Source: Paramoeba atlantica (Eukaryota; Protista; Discosea). Taken from it: DNA of 64,000 nt. The notes beneath the pieces are model-generated. The model saw nothing but the letters and a program-made list of their open reading frames with translations, did not search any database and was not told the origin of the DNA. The translations under genes and the position numbers were made by a program. Positions 44,091 through 55,035 of this stretch are shown in pieces (position 1 is the stretch's first letter; each line of letters begins with the position of its first letter). The stretch spans positions 434,001 through 498,000 of the forward strand of contig CDRNVI010000014.1 in NCBI GenBank assembly GCA_977017575.1, read 5' to 3'.

Positions 44091-44950
44091 GCGTTGCTGA
44101 GGTTCGTGCTCTTTCTATATTCATCTATTATCTTTATCCAACTTTTTTTATTCTGGGCTTTCAGTTTCCATGAGCAATCTGTTGTTATCCCAACTCTTTC
44201 CAGTGCAGCTACAAGGCTTCTACTATAGCATGGCAGGCTTCGTTTATATGTATTTCCTCTATTTTGAGTTGATCGATATTTGCCGAATAACACTCTGTTC
44301 GGGAATCTATCTGGACCCATTCTTGCGACGTGTCCAGCAAACAGTAAACTTCGGGCATCTATTTGTGGCTGGAGTGGGTCCATTCCTGCGATCGATAGGC
44401 ATTCCTTCTGGGAGGTATATCTTATTGCATCCTTCGCAGATTCTTGGTGCTGTTTATCATTGTAGGCGCTATTGTCGTTCTTGACCCATGGTATGCCGAA
44501 AGATGTTTTGATGTATCTTATATAGGTGCGGTTGAGTTTCAGATGCTGGGTTGGTGTAAGCGCCCACGTTGAGCTCGCATATAGTAGAATTGGTACTATA
44601 CAGACTTCCAGGATGAGTCTTTTCGTTTTCCTTGTGATATCCTTGTCTTTCCACAAGTCTCTAAATTTTCTCATACCTGCGCAAGCTCTTCTTATTCTGT
44701 TTTCTATTTCTTCTTCCAATGAAGCATCTTCACTGATGACTGTTCCAAGGTATGAGAAGTTCCGTACTTGTTCAATAGTTTCTTCTTGTGCTTTTATCTC
44801 GGATGTGTAATACTTTTCTGCTTTGCAAGGTTGAATTACCTGTGTTTTAGTTTTCCTTGTGTTTATCCTTATTCCCCATCGGTTCATAACCCCTACTACT
44901 GCGTTTAAGGTATTTTGCAGTTCCGTTTGTTGGGGTCGAAGTTCGTTTGT
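44091..44950 (-). pseudogene. RTE-like LINE RT C-terminal fragment
   Basis: INTRKTK, FSYLG..I, EIENRI, LLYAS.TW; related to 56934-57645. Confidence 0.8.
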
Positions 44951-44954
44951 GGTT

Positions 44955-45534
44955 AAAGGTCTGGAACCAGAATATTTTCGATGTATAGCGGTAACAGACT
45001 GTGGGTTAATGCATGAAGAAACGAAGAACCTAATCAAAACCCTGGCGAAAAGGGCTGAGCTTGATTTCCAAAACACGCGAGATTCCTTTCAACTAGAAAT
45101 CGAGAAATTTGCAGCTTACACTGTCGTATCACAATTACGACAATACATCTCAGCAGAACAATGGCTAGGAGGCCTCAGCCATTGAAAAATAAAGTTCGCA
45201 AAAAGAACCCTTGTCAAGACCGCTTATTTACCTCTGCGTAAAGTGGCAACTAAAAGAACATAGGAGGCCTCAGCCATTGAAAAATAAAGTTCGCAAAAAG
45301 AACCCGTGCCAAGACCGCTTATTTTCTCTGCGTAAAGTTGCAACTAAAAGAACATACCGCAAAATAATAATAGTGAGAGATTCGTTTTTATGCAATATAC
45401 ATATGGTATATATATATGCGCAAGTCCACGTCAATTCCAACAGCAACAACAACGCCTAAAGTCCAAAACAATCATGCGGTAAATTATTCCCTAAAAATCT
45501 GTAAATAATACCTCAAAAAAAAGCAACGAGCAAA

Positions 45535-45536
<2 letters not shown>
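44955..45536 (+). mobile_element. 5'-truncated family C variant, 3' end
   Basis: FRCIAVTDCGLMH..FQLEIEKFAAYTVVSQLR parallels the array ORF end. ~94-bp tandem duplication at 45168-45356. Confidence 0.8.
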
Positions 45537-45569
<33 letters not shown>

Positions 45570-45918
45570 CGCCAAGTTGAATTTTTTTTTGGGTATATGA
45601 ATTTAAAACAAGCAATCAAATTAGCAATTCTTTTCATTTCCACAGAAGTATATTTTCTTTTTCTTTTTTCTCAGCCCAAAACTAGCAATTCAATCTCCCC
45701 TAAGTATATACGACAAATAAGACACAGTAAAAATAAAAACAAGCAATCCAGACCCAATCCATTCGCGCGTTCCGGACCGGGTCTTTCGACCACTCCACGG
45801 CCTGACTTGTGAACCCTTCCCTTGCTATACGGGAGGGCGCAGGCGCGGGCCTGTGTCGACAGCGACACGGTCACGAAACAGGATGCTGGCCGACGGGGAG
45901 GAGATTCAAAAGGAGATT

Positions 45919-45951
<33 letters not shown>

Positions 45952-46910
45952 AGATAATAGGGGGGGAAGAGTACGAGTTCTAACTTTATATATGTATGTA
46001 CGGTATGACTTTCTCACTTACTTTCCCACTTGCTCAACTTCTTTCCCTCACTTCCCCCCATTTTAAAAACGAGCAAAATATATAACTAGCAAATACATGC
46101 TTTCCCATCTTACCCACTTCCCCTTACCAATCTTACCAGCTTTCCAGGGAGGGTAAGGTCTCCCTCGGCTAGGAGGGGCAGACTTTCCCCGAACCATTCG
46201 CGCGTTCCGGACCGGGTCTTTCGACCTCTCCCAGCTTGCCTTGGTAACCCTTCTCTTGTTGTACGAGAGGGCGCAAGCAATGGGCCTGTGCCGACAGCGG
46301 CACGGTCAAAAGGTTTTTTTTTTTTTTTTTTTTTTTTGGGGGGGGGGTATACGAGTTGAAAACAAGCAATCAAATTAGCAAATCTTTTTGTTTCCACAGA
46401 TGTACCTTTTGTTTTTTCTCTCAGCCCAAAACTAGCAAGGTCCATTCCCACTTCCCAACTTTCCCACTTCCCAACTTTCCCACTTCCCAACTTTCCCACT
46501 TCCCCTTACCGAACTTCCACCTTTCCAGGGAGGGTAAGGTCTCCCTCTGACTCGCCTCGCACCTACGCCACAAGAGGGTTTTTGATGATAAAGAAGGGGG
46601 GAGGCGAGGTCTTCTCCAATCCATTCGCGCTCCCATCTTCCTCATGCATGTTCCGAACCGGGTCTTTCGACCACTCCCAGCTTGCCTTGTTAACCCTTCT
46701 CTTGTTGTACGAGAGGGCGCAAGCAATGGGCTTCGTTTTGGGGCTCGTTTTTTTTTTGTTTTTTTTTTTTTTATATATGTATGTACGGTATGACTTTCTC
46801 ACTTACTTTCCTACTTGCTCAACTCGTACAAGATACAGAAACTGTATCTTTATCGTTAAAGATTTTTTTTTTTTTGTACGGTATCAGTTTTTTTTTTTTT
46901 TTTTTTTTCA
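45570..46910 (-). mobile_element. Chain of poly(A)-tailed 3' UTR fragments plus an SL variant
   Basis: Family A UTR at 45590-45908, related UTR at 45950-46311, SL variant at 46828-46864; largely repeated at 47921-48860. Confidence 0.75.
46828..46864 (-). other. Spliced-leader-like copy with 1 mismatch, lacking the final TG
   Basis: AATCTTTAACGATAAAGATACAGTTTCTGTATCTTGT. Confidence 0.75.
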
Positions 46911-47059
46911 AATTTATCTCTATAAATCAATCTACAACAAATCACTCTATTTGACGAAACCAAACCAAAGAAAAGAAAAAGAAAAAAAAAAAAAAATGCA
47001 TCACCCTCTAATTCAGGAGCAGAGGAATCTCTGCAGAGGAATCACAATCTCTGCAGAGG

Positions 47060-47691
47060 AATCTTCCCTCTCCCTCCCACCACTCGTTTGGAATGTTTTT
47101 GCCGTGTCGATGAGCTACATGGTGATAAAATGCCTGCCATTTTCCGCTATGTGGTGGGGTTTTCCACGTACATCCTTCTGCTGGGCATTGACGTTCTACA
47201 TCCTTCTGCTGCGTATTGGCGTTGTGGTATGTGGTAGGGGCAGAATCAGTATTCTTGCGCTTTGTAGCCTTAGTTGGAGAGAAAATGTGGGCGGATGAGG
47301 CCTCCGAAGTAATTCCCACGTTGTTTGCCACGACAAGGGAGTGATTTGTCTCTTCGTCCGCGGTCATTCTGCCTGTGTCCGGTGTAGGTTCCTCTGCCGC
47401 GATCTTGTAGGCTCTTTCGGTCCAGTGTTTAGGTACGTTTTCGGGGATAGGTGTCGTATACAAAAGTTCATTGTAGGTGCTTTGGCCGGAAATCAGGTGA
47501 GTTCCTGCGAATTGGTCCCAATCTCCGGGTTTGTGTGACTTTTGTTCCTGGCAAAAAGAGTCATCATCCATTGGTAACGCGTTGGCATCAAAGGAATCAT
47601 CGGGCGGCATGGTTCGACCCTAGTAAGCAATGAAGAGAAAGAAAAATTAATTCAACAAGGTACAGAAACTGTATCTTTATCGTTAAAGATT
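47060..47691 (-). pseudogene. Family A 5' fragment with a complete SL (47653-47691)
   Basis: 39-nt SL, 42-nt UTR, MPPDDSF..WDQFAG..YNELLYTTPIP..CPAEGC..HVAHRH; truncated in finger 2. Confidence 0.85.
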
Positions 47692-47920
47692 TTTTTTTCT
47701 TTTTTAAGATTTTTTTTTCTTTTTTAAAGATTTTTTTTTCTTTACCGTTTTTTTGTTTTTAGTACTAAACCTACATACCTTAATCAAGTCGTAGTTTCTT
47801 AAATTCAATTTATAGAATGTTGTGTGTTCAAGAAACTCCAACATGAAATTTTCTTAATTTGCGTATATAGAAAACCATTTTATACATAAAATATCTTTTT
47901 TTTTTTTTATTTTTTTTTTT

Positions 47921-48860
47921 ATAATAGGGGGGGAAGAGTACGAGTTCTGACTTTATATATGTATGTACGGTATGACTTTCTCACTTACTTTCCTACTTGC
48001 TCAACTTCTTTCCCTAACTTCCCCCCATTTTGAAAACGAGCAAAATGTAAAACTAGTAAATGCATGCTTTCCCATCTTACCCACTTCCCCTTACCAATCT
48101 TTCAAGCTTTCCAGGGAGGGTAAGGTCTCCCTCTGCTAGGAGGGGCAGACTTTCCCCTAACCATTCGCGCGTTCCGGACCGGGTCTTTCGACCTCTCCCA
48201 GCTTGCCTTGTTAACCCTTCTCTTGTTGTACGAGAGGGCGCAAGCAATGGGCCTGTGCCGACAGCGGCACGGTCAAAAGGTTTTTTTTTTTTTTTTTTTT
48301 TTTTGGGGGGGGGTATACGAGTTGAAAACAAGCAATCAAATTAGCAAATCTTTTTGTTTCCACAGATGTACCTTTTGTTTTTTCTCTCAGCCCAAAACTA
48401 GCAAGGTCTATTCCCACTTCCCAACTTTCCCACTTCCCAACTTTCCCACTTCCCCTTACCGAACTTCCACCTTTCCAGGGAGGGTAAGGTCTCCCTCTGA
48501 CTCGCCTCGCACCTACGCCACAAGAGGGTTTTTGATGATAAAGAAGGGGGGAGGCGAGGTCTTCTCCAATCCATTCGCGCTCCCATCTTCCTCATGCATG
48601 TTCCGAACCGGGTCTTTCGACCACTCCCAGCTTGCCTTGTTAACCCTTCTCTTGTTGTACGAGAGGGCGCAAGCAATGGGCCTCGTTTTGGGGCTCGTTT
48701 TTTTTTTGTTTTTTTTTTTTTATATATGTATGTACGGTATGACTTTCTCACTTACTTTCCTACTTGCTCAACTCGTACAAGATACAGAAACTGTATCTTT
48801 ATCGTTAAAGATTTTTTTTTTTTTGTACGGTATCAGTTTTTTTTTTTTTTTTTTTTTTTT
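47921..48860 (-). repeat. Second copy of the composite UTR/SL chain
   Basis: Same module order as 45950-46910 and the same SL mismatch (48777-48813). Confidence 0.85.
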
Positions 48861-48863
48861 TCA

Positions 48864-49068
48864 AACCCAGATTGAAAGGGGCGAGGGAGATACGAAGCAA
48901 CAGGCGTGGCAGATTCCCACTGAAAAGAAATGGTATCTCCCCGCACGAGAAAAGTCTTTGCGCTTTCTAGCTCGGAGACAAACTTCGTGCGGGAGATACC
49001 ATTTCTTTTCAGTGGGAATCTGCCACGCCTGTTGCTTCGTATCTCCCTCGCCCCTTTCAACCTGGGTT
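48864..49068. repeat. Near-perfect inverted repeat (85/84-bp arms, 36-nt loop)
   Basis: 48864-48948 is the reverse complement of 48985-49068 with one mismatch and one indel. Confidence 0.92.
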
Positions 49069-49656
49069 ATACGGCGGGCCTTTCGAGGCGGTGCAGACCC
49101 TCTGGCGCGGGTGGTGCTTTACCTCGTGACAAGTAATCTTAAAGGAAACAAGCTTCTGAAATCTTTTTTTTGAAGGGCCCGCCCGGCTAACATTTTGCCT
49201 CTGGGAGGTCTATGTTCGATTCTACTTACGTCTTGTTTATGTTAAGCATTGAGCCCTTTATGTTGTACTTTAATAATGCAAAAGTGCACCTATGGGCACG
49301 TTCACTGGCTCAGTGAGACGGAACCGAGGTTCCCCCAACACTTACACCAGGTCGTGCATACGGAACATTTCGTTCGTTGACAGTTCTTTATGTATCTCTG
49401 CTTGTTTGGCCAACAGGCATTAAGCTCAGACGCCACGTCAAGGCGAGAGATAATTGTCTGAGGACCCTCTTCTCACGAAGAAGGTATTCAAAATGAATGT
49501 GATTTTCGTATCAATTTACTCTAATTTCTTTTCTATTTTCCACTGTACATTTCTTGTTCCACTGTATTTCTTGTTCTTCGCTCTTTTGCCCATACCGCTT
49601 CTACCGATTCCCGGCTGACGATCTGAGCAAGTTCCGTACGAGACAGTTCAGACTGT

Positions 49657-49782
49657 GGTCACCCTTCCACAACATGGCCAGCTGGCCACCCTTCCACAAC
49701 ATGGCCAGCTAGCCACCCTTCCACAACATGGCCAGCCGGCCACCCTTCCACAACATGGCCAGCTGGCCACTCTTCCACAACA
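49657..49782. repeat. 27-bp minisatellite, ~4.7 copies
   Basis: Unit GGCCACCCTTCCACAACATGGCCAGCT. Confidence 0.92.
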
Positions 49783-49814
49783 CTCTCCCACCCCCGTGGG
49801 ACTCACTCAGTGGA

Positions 49815-50505
49815 CTCACTCAACGTGAGCCACTGCCCACGTGGCAGTGCTCTGACTCTCTCACGTGCCACTGTAGGTACAGTGCCGATGCAGTCACTAC
49901 CTTACGTGGCAGTACTCTCACTCTCTCACGTGCTACTGCAGCTGCACTGCATCACTGCAGTCACTGCCTCACGTGACATTGCCTCTCACTCTGCCACTGT
50001 ATCTACACTGCAATCACTGCCTCACGTGGCAGTACTCTCACTCTCTCACGTGCTACTGCAGCTACACTGCAGTCACTGCCTCACGTGACACTACTCTTAC
50101 TCTCGCACGTGCCAATGCAGCTGCACTGCATCACTGCCTCACGGGGCACTGCTCTCACACTCCCACGTGCTACTGCAGCTACACTGCAGTCACTGCCTCA
50201 CGTGGCAGTACTCTCACTCTCTCACGTGCTACTGCAGCTGCACTGCATCACTGCAGTCACTGCCTCACGTGGCAGTAATCTTACTCTCGCACGTGCCGCT
50301 GCAGCTGCGCTGCAGTCACTGACTCTCTCACATTCCACTGTATCTACACTGCATTCACTGCCTCACGTGGCAGTAATCTTACTCTCGCACGTGCCGCTGC
50401 AGCTGCGCTGCATCACTGCAGTCACTGCCTCACATAGCAGTGCACTTACTCTGGCACGTGCCACTGCAGCTGCACTGCATCACTGTGCAATCACTGCCTT
50501 CACTG
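49815..50505. repeat. Degenerate ~58-67-bp satellite rich in CACGTG and CTGCAG
   Basis: Recurring CACTGCCTCACGTGGCAGTA..CTCTCACGTGCTACTGCAGCT. Confidence 0.88.
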
Positions 50506-50559
50506 GGATGAAGCAGGCGGTGTTATTATAATCAAGCATACGGACCAATCAGAGGGCAA

Positions 50560-50700
50560 AAATCTGAGCGCCCAACAGAGAGAGGAACTAGGAATCGACC
50601 GTCGCTCGATTAGAAATGCTTTAGTGACCGCCCGCGCCGGAAACGTAGGGAAAGCTACTCGAATTCTGGACAACGTCTACAAGGAGTCTATATGCTAGAA
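50560..50700 (+). pseudogene. Short CRE-clade fragment
   Basis: IDRRSIRNALVTARAGNVGKATRILD parallels DRRAIKRVTRLALEGCVSKACKVLD of family B. Confidence 0.55.
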
Positions 50701-50832
50701 CTACATTGTAAATGGAAATATTTGTGGTGCATTTGTAGGAATTTGGAGTATGCCAGACGCATACGTTTAAACTTTAATATAATAAAATAAAACATCATTT
50801 CTTCTTTCAGTTGATTTCTTCAGTTTGATTTC

Positions 50833-51312
50833 TTAAAGAATAGTGCTTTTCTGATAGTCTTGAGGCTCCAAAAAATGTCGGAGCTGTGCGTATACTTCGG
50901 ATCCGTTCAGCTCTTGGAGTAGCAACTTGAATGCCTGTTCGGTTTTTTGGGTATCCAACAGGCAGACATCCGTCAGTGATTTAATTAGGCTCCGTGTGCT
51001 CTTATGTAAAGACCCGCAGGACAAGACAGGAAGGCACTCAAAAGCTTCCGCCGGAATCATGCCACTATTGACATATGTTTCATTTTTCCGCTGTATAGCT
51101 TCTCGCACGAGTTGGGAACACTTTTTATTCCGATGGGAAGGCGCGAGCTCGTGCACCACAGTTAGGTCGTAGAACACCACGCCACTGTTCCAGTAGATCG
51201 CAAGATCCGGGCCTGAGCGATGAAACTGCCGTCCTCCGCATGTTTTGTGGTGGAGATGCTGATTGTTGTAGTCGACTGTATTTCCGCATGTTAGACAACT
51301 CCACGTGCTAAC
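50833..51312 (-). pseudogene. Family B C-terminal fragment (second zinc finger and endonuclease)
   Basis: CLTCG..HHKTC, RSGPD..YDLTVVHE. Confidence 0.8.
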
Positions 51313-51459
51313 AAACTACAACCTAAAACCGGATGGATTAGATGATCTTTGTTTTTGTTAAGACCTTTGTTTTCATTAAGACCTGTGTTTTTATTAAGAA
51401 AAAAAAATAACAATAACAATATTCACTGGGTAAAAAAAAATAATCATGGTATTGATTTT

Positions 51460-51633
51460 CTTTTTTTTTTTTTTGCAATTAATAAGGGGGGAGAAGTATG
51501 AATCGCGGCATTGCCTCTATATTTTGACCCAGTAGACGAACCAAGTAGGTCCATTGGGGGGGGTATACGAGTTGAAAACAAACAATCAAATTAGCAATTC
51601 TTTTTCTGTCCACAGATGTACCTTTTTTCTCAG
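51460..51633 (-). mobile_element. Family A extreme 3' end with poly(A)
   Basis: Matches 18222-18390. Confidence 0.8.
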
Positions 51634-51742
51634 CAAAAAAAAAAAAAATCTTAATAATTATGTACGTGTATGAACTGTATGCATTTTCGCGTGAAATTGA
51701 TTTTATTCTTATGTGACTGTAAAAAAAAAAAAAAAAAAAAAA

Positions 51743-54152
51743 CCCCTGGTCGCCCTGGAATTAGCAAACGAAATCAATCACCAGGCCGACTTGGACCTAC
51801 AATTATGGTACCTTGACGACGGGGTTCTCATAGGCAAGGCCCAAGACACCAGAAATGCACTGGACACGATCGCCAGGGTAGGCCCTCGCTGGGGCTTGCA
51901 CTTAAACATGTCGAAGTGTGAAATCATTACCTCCCCTGCCTCGGCTAACGTGACAAATTTGTTTCCCGACATACCGGACACCAAAATCAACGTACGTGGC
52001 GACTTTAGCGTTCTAGGAAGTCCGATTGGATCCCCAGAGTATTGCTCCGAATACCTGACAACGCACGCCATTGAACCAGCAGAAACGGCGTTAGAAGCTA
52101 TAACTAGAATCAAAGACCCACAGGTTTCAATGGCGCTTATTCGGCAATGCGCCGGGTTCTGCAAAATGGTCCACGCTCTCCGCACGACCCCACCACAATC
52201 ACTTACACTTTTATGCGAGCGTCTGGATGATTTTCTCATGCACGCGGTAGAGTCATGTTTATGCCCCTTGCCTCCCTCTGCACGGTCCCAAATTCAGCGC
52301 CTGAAAAAACACGGAGGATTCGGGTTACGGTCAGCATCCTTTCACGCAACCTCAGCCTACGTTTCCTCGGTTGCTTTTGCAGCAGACATGGACTCTTGGG
52401 ATCCATCCGAAGTAGAAGGCTTTCTATCATCTATTGACGACATAAACGCGAAGGTTGGCACCAAGCTTCTCAACTCAAGTGGCCGTGTGTGCACTATCCC
52501 GCACCACAAATGCGAAGAATTTCCTCCGAGGCATCGCCCCGCAAAGCGCCCACGCCAGCCGGATACCCATGATCCTACTTCATCTGCGAATCCCCCTTCC
52601 CTTCCACACGATCGCCCCCCCTTGTCACCCGATGATCTCCCCCCTACGTCATGCCCATTGTATGCAACGGAGGATTGCTTTGACGCGAAGCTGCCGGACT
52701 GGGCGAAAAAGGGTATCCCCCGCCAAAGGGACATAAGCCACGCGATTTCGGCTACGGAATTTTCGCGAGCTTATGAAAAGGCTGACGCCAGGACTCGCGC
52801 ACGTTGGGTCTCCCAGAGCGGGAAAGGGGCCAATAGCTGGGCTTTCGTAACGCCATCCAAAGACACTGGTCACGCCTTCACCCCAACAGAATTCCGTACC
52901 TTGTCCCGCTGGTGGTTGGGGGTACCAGTCTACGGGGAAGAATCAAAATGCCCCAGGGAGAACTGCACGCTCCCCCTTGACATACACGGAGACCATGCTC
53001 TCACGTGTAAGCATGGGGAAGGTATCATCCGGCGACACCACTCGTTAGTCGATCAGTTCGCTGCCACCTGAAGCCAGGCCCACCTAGCACCCCAGCGCGA
53101 GAAAAGCCTCGGGAATAGGGGCCCAGGGGGTGCCTTGACCAGACCGTGGGACGTCTTCATGCCGAGCCTCTTCCTCGGAAAACCTATAGTGCTTGACTTC
53201 GCGGTCACTCACGCCCAGCAATCAAAATACACGGACACAGTCCGAAATGCTAGCTGGGTGGCCGCGGGGTCTTTCGCTGAGCACTACGCCTCCGACCAGA
53301 AAGCTCGACAGCGCCGTGAATCTGAGTCGGCGGGAAGCGACTTCACAGCAATGGTCGTAGAGAGCTACGGCTCTTGGAGCTCTAGTGCCTTAGCAGTACT
53401 TCGGAAAGTAGGAGAACGTCGGGCCAAAGCGTCCAACGGCATCCTCAGTGACGGAGCAGCTACGCTACAGCTCGTCACAGACTTGAACATAACGCTGATG
53501 CGTCGCCAGGCACGTATGATGATATCAAGAATGCCGGTAGACGACCTTCCCACTCCGCTGATCGAGCAATAGCTTGGTAACGGAGTAAGTAGCCCTCGTG
53601 GGATAATCGTTTCCTAACCACACCGTTGTCGGCACAGGCCCACGTTAGCGCCCTCGGAAACAACTGATCTGGAAGCTGGTCGAGTCGACAGAGTCTATGC
53701 TCACGCCTAGCTCGCCGAGGGCTAGGTACCCCAAGTGAGGTAGTACACGGGTAGTGAATCTCCTCCCCGTCGGCCCGCATCCTGTTTCGCGACCGTGTCG
53801 CTGTCGACACAGGCCCGCGCCTGCGCCCTCCCGTATAGCAAGGGAAGGGTTCACAAGTCAGGCCGTGGAGAGGTCGAAAGACACGGTCCGGAACGCGCGA
53901 ATGGATTGGGCCTGGATTGCTTGTTTCAATTTTTACTGTTTCTTGTTTGTAGTATATACTTAGGGGTGATTAAATTGCTAGTTTTGGGCTCAGAAAAAGT
54001 AAAGGTACATCTGTGGAAAGAAAAAGAATTGCTAATTTGATTGCTTGTTTACAAATCATATTCCCCTCCCCAATGGACCTACTTGGTTCGTCTACTGGGT
54101 AAAAATATAGAGGCAATGCCGCGTTTTATACTTCTCCCCCCCTAAAAAAAAA
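51743..54152 (+). pseudogene. 5'-truncated, inactivated near-identical copy of the 463-4335 element
   Basis: Same protein from LVALELANE; TGC>TGA stop at 53069 and RPGD>RPWD; complete 3' UTR and poly(A) at 54144-54152. Confidence 0.9.
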
Positions 54153-54278
54153 TCTTAATACAAAAAGTGATCTTAATACAAAAAGTGATCTTAATACAAA
54201 AAGTGATCTTAATACAAAAAGTGATCTTAATACAAAAAGTGATCTTAATACAAAAAGTGATCTTAATACAAAAAGTGA
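54153..54278. repeat. 18-bp tandem repeat x7
   Basis: Unit TCTTAATACAAAAAGTGA. Confidence 0.95.
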
Positions 54279-54306
54279 TCTTAACACCAAAGAAGCTAAC
54301 AGGCAC

Positions 54307-54539
54307 TTGTTGCTTTCTTTTACTTATTCTTATTTCTTCATGGGAGTGGTCACCCGCTCCAAGGCAAAGGAAACAGGAGCAGCTCCTGTGATTTTGCCTC
54401 TCGCCCCCGTTCGCCGCAGGAAAAAGACAGCGCCTGTTGCCCCAAAGTCTCCTCCAACCATCGCTGTCGTGGGGACGCATCCGACCGCTTCGCCCTCAAA
54501 GAGGTCTCCACCCCCCGCACCATCGACGCCATCGCCACC
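54307..54539 (+). pseudogene. Family B 5' fragment
   Basis: TTGTTG, a 27-nt UTR, then MGVVTRSKAKETG at 54340. Confidence 0.75.
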
Positions 54540-55035
54540 TCTTTAACGATAAAGATACAGTTTCTGTACCTTGTTGACTATATTTTATCTCATATTTTTC
54601 CCGGGTACACGGCTACCTTAATGTCCGGAGACCACCACTTTGAAGAGTCAACGCAAATGGAAGAAGATTCGTTCCTGCAAGAAGAAGCAGCGCACCAACC
54701 AGGATCCTTGGACCAATTTGCGGGGAATGCTCAACTAATCAAACAGCCCACCTAATATAACGAATTGCTATACACCACACCGATCCTGGAAAACATCCCT
54801 GAAGACTGGTGTCAGAAAGCCACCTTAATTTCGACTGACCAGCAAACACCAGACACTGGACACAGAAATGACGGCGACGAGGAAACGACCCACGCACGCG
54901 TTCTCATCAGCACAAATCACAGCTCACGAACAACACAACCCACTAATGTTTCAGTTTCGAAAAAAATTTCCCGTCGCAAGTCACCGGCCACATCTCCGTG
55001 TGCTAAAGGACAACGCGCGCTGCAATACGATGTGT
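54540..55035 (+). pseudogene. Family A 5' fragment with SL (54540-54576) and an internal stop
   Basis: SL nt 3-39, ATG at 54621, DQFAGNAQLI..*YNELLYTTPI. Confidence 0.85.

Noticed and set aside
42344-45076. 910-aa ORF as a real gene
   Set aside because: Chance in-frame fusion of an antisense family C tail, an RTE fragment and array copy 4. The extensions of ORFs 22161-26477, 16261-18225 and 19765-21402 are similar junction artefacts.
49205-49230. tRNA T-loop-like GTTCGATTC
   Set aside because: No flanking T stem, D arm or acceptor stem.
54153-54278. CRISPR-like array (also 49657-49782)
   Set aside because: Head-to-tail repeats without unique spacers, no cas genes, eukaryotic context.
4387-54576. 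SL RNA genes (mini-exon array)
   Set aside because: No SL copy is followed by the GT donor or a shared intron; downstream sequences are element UTRs.
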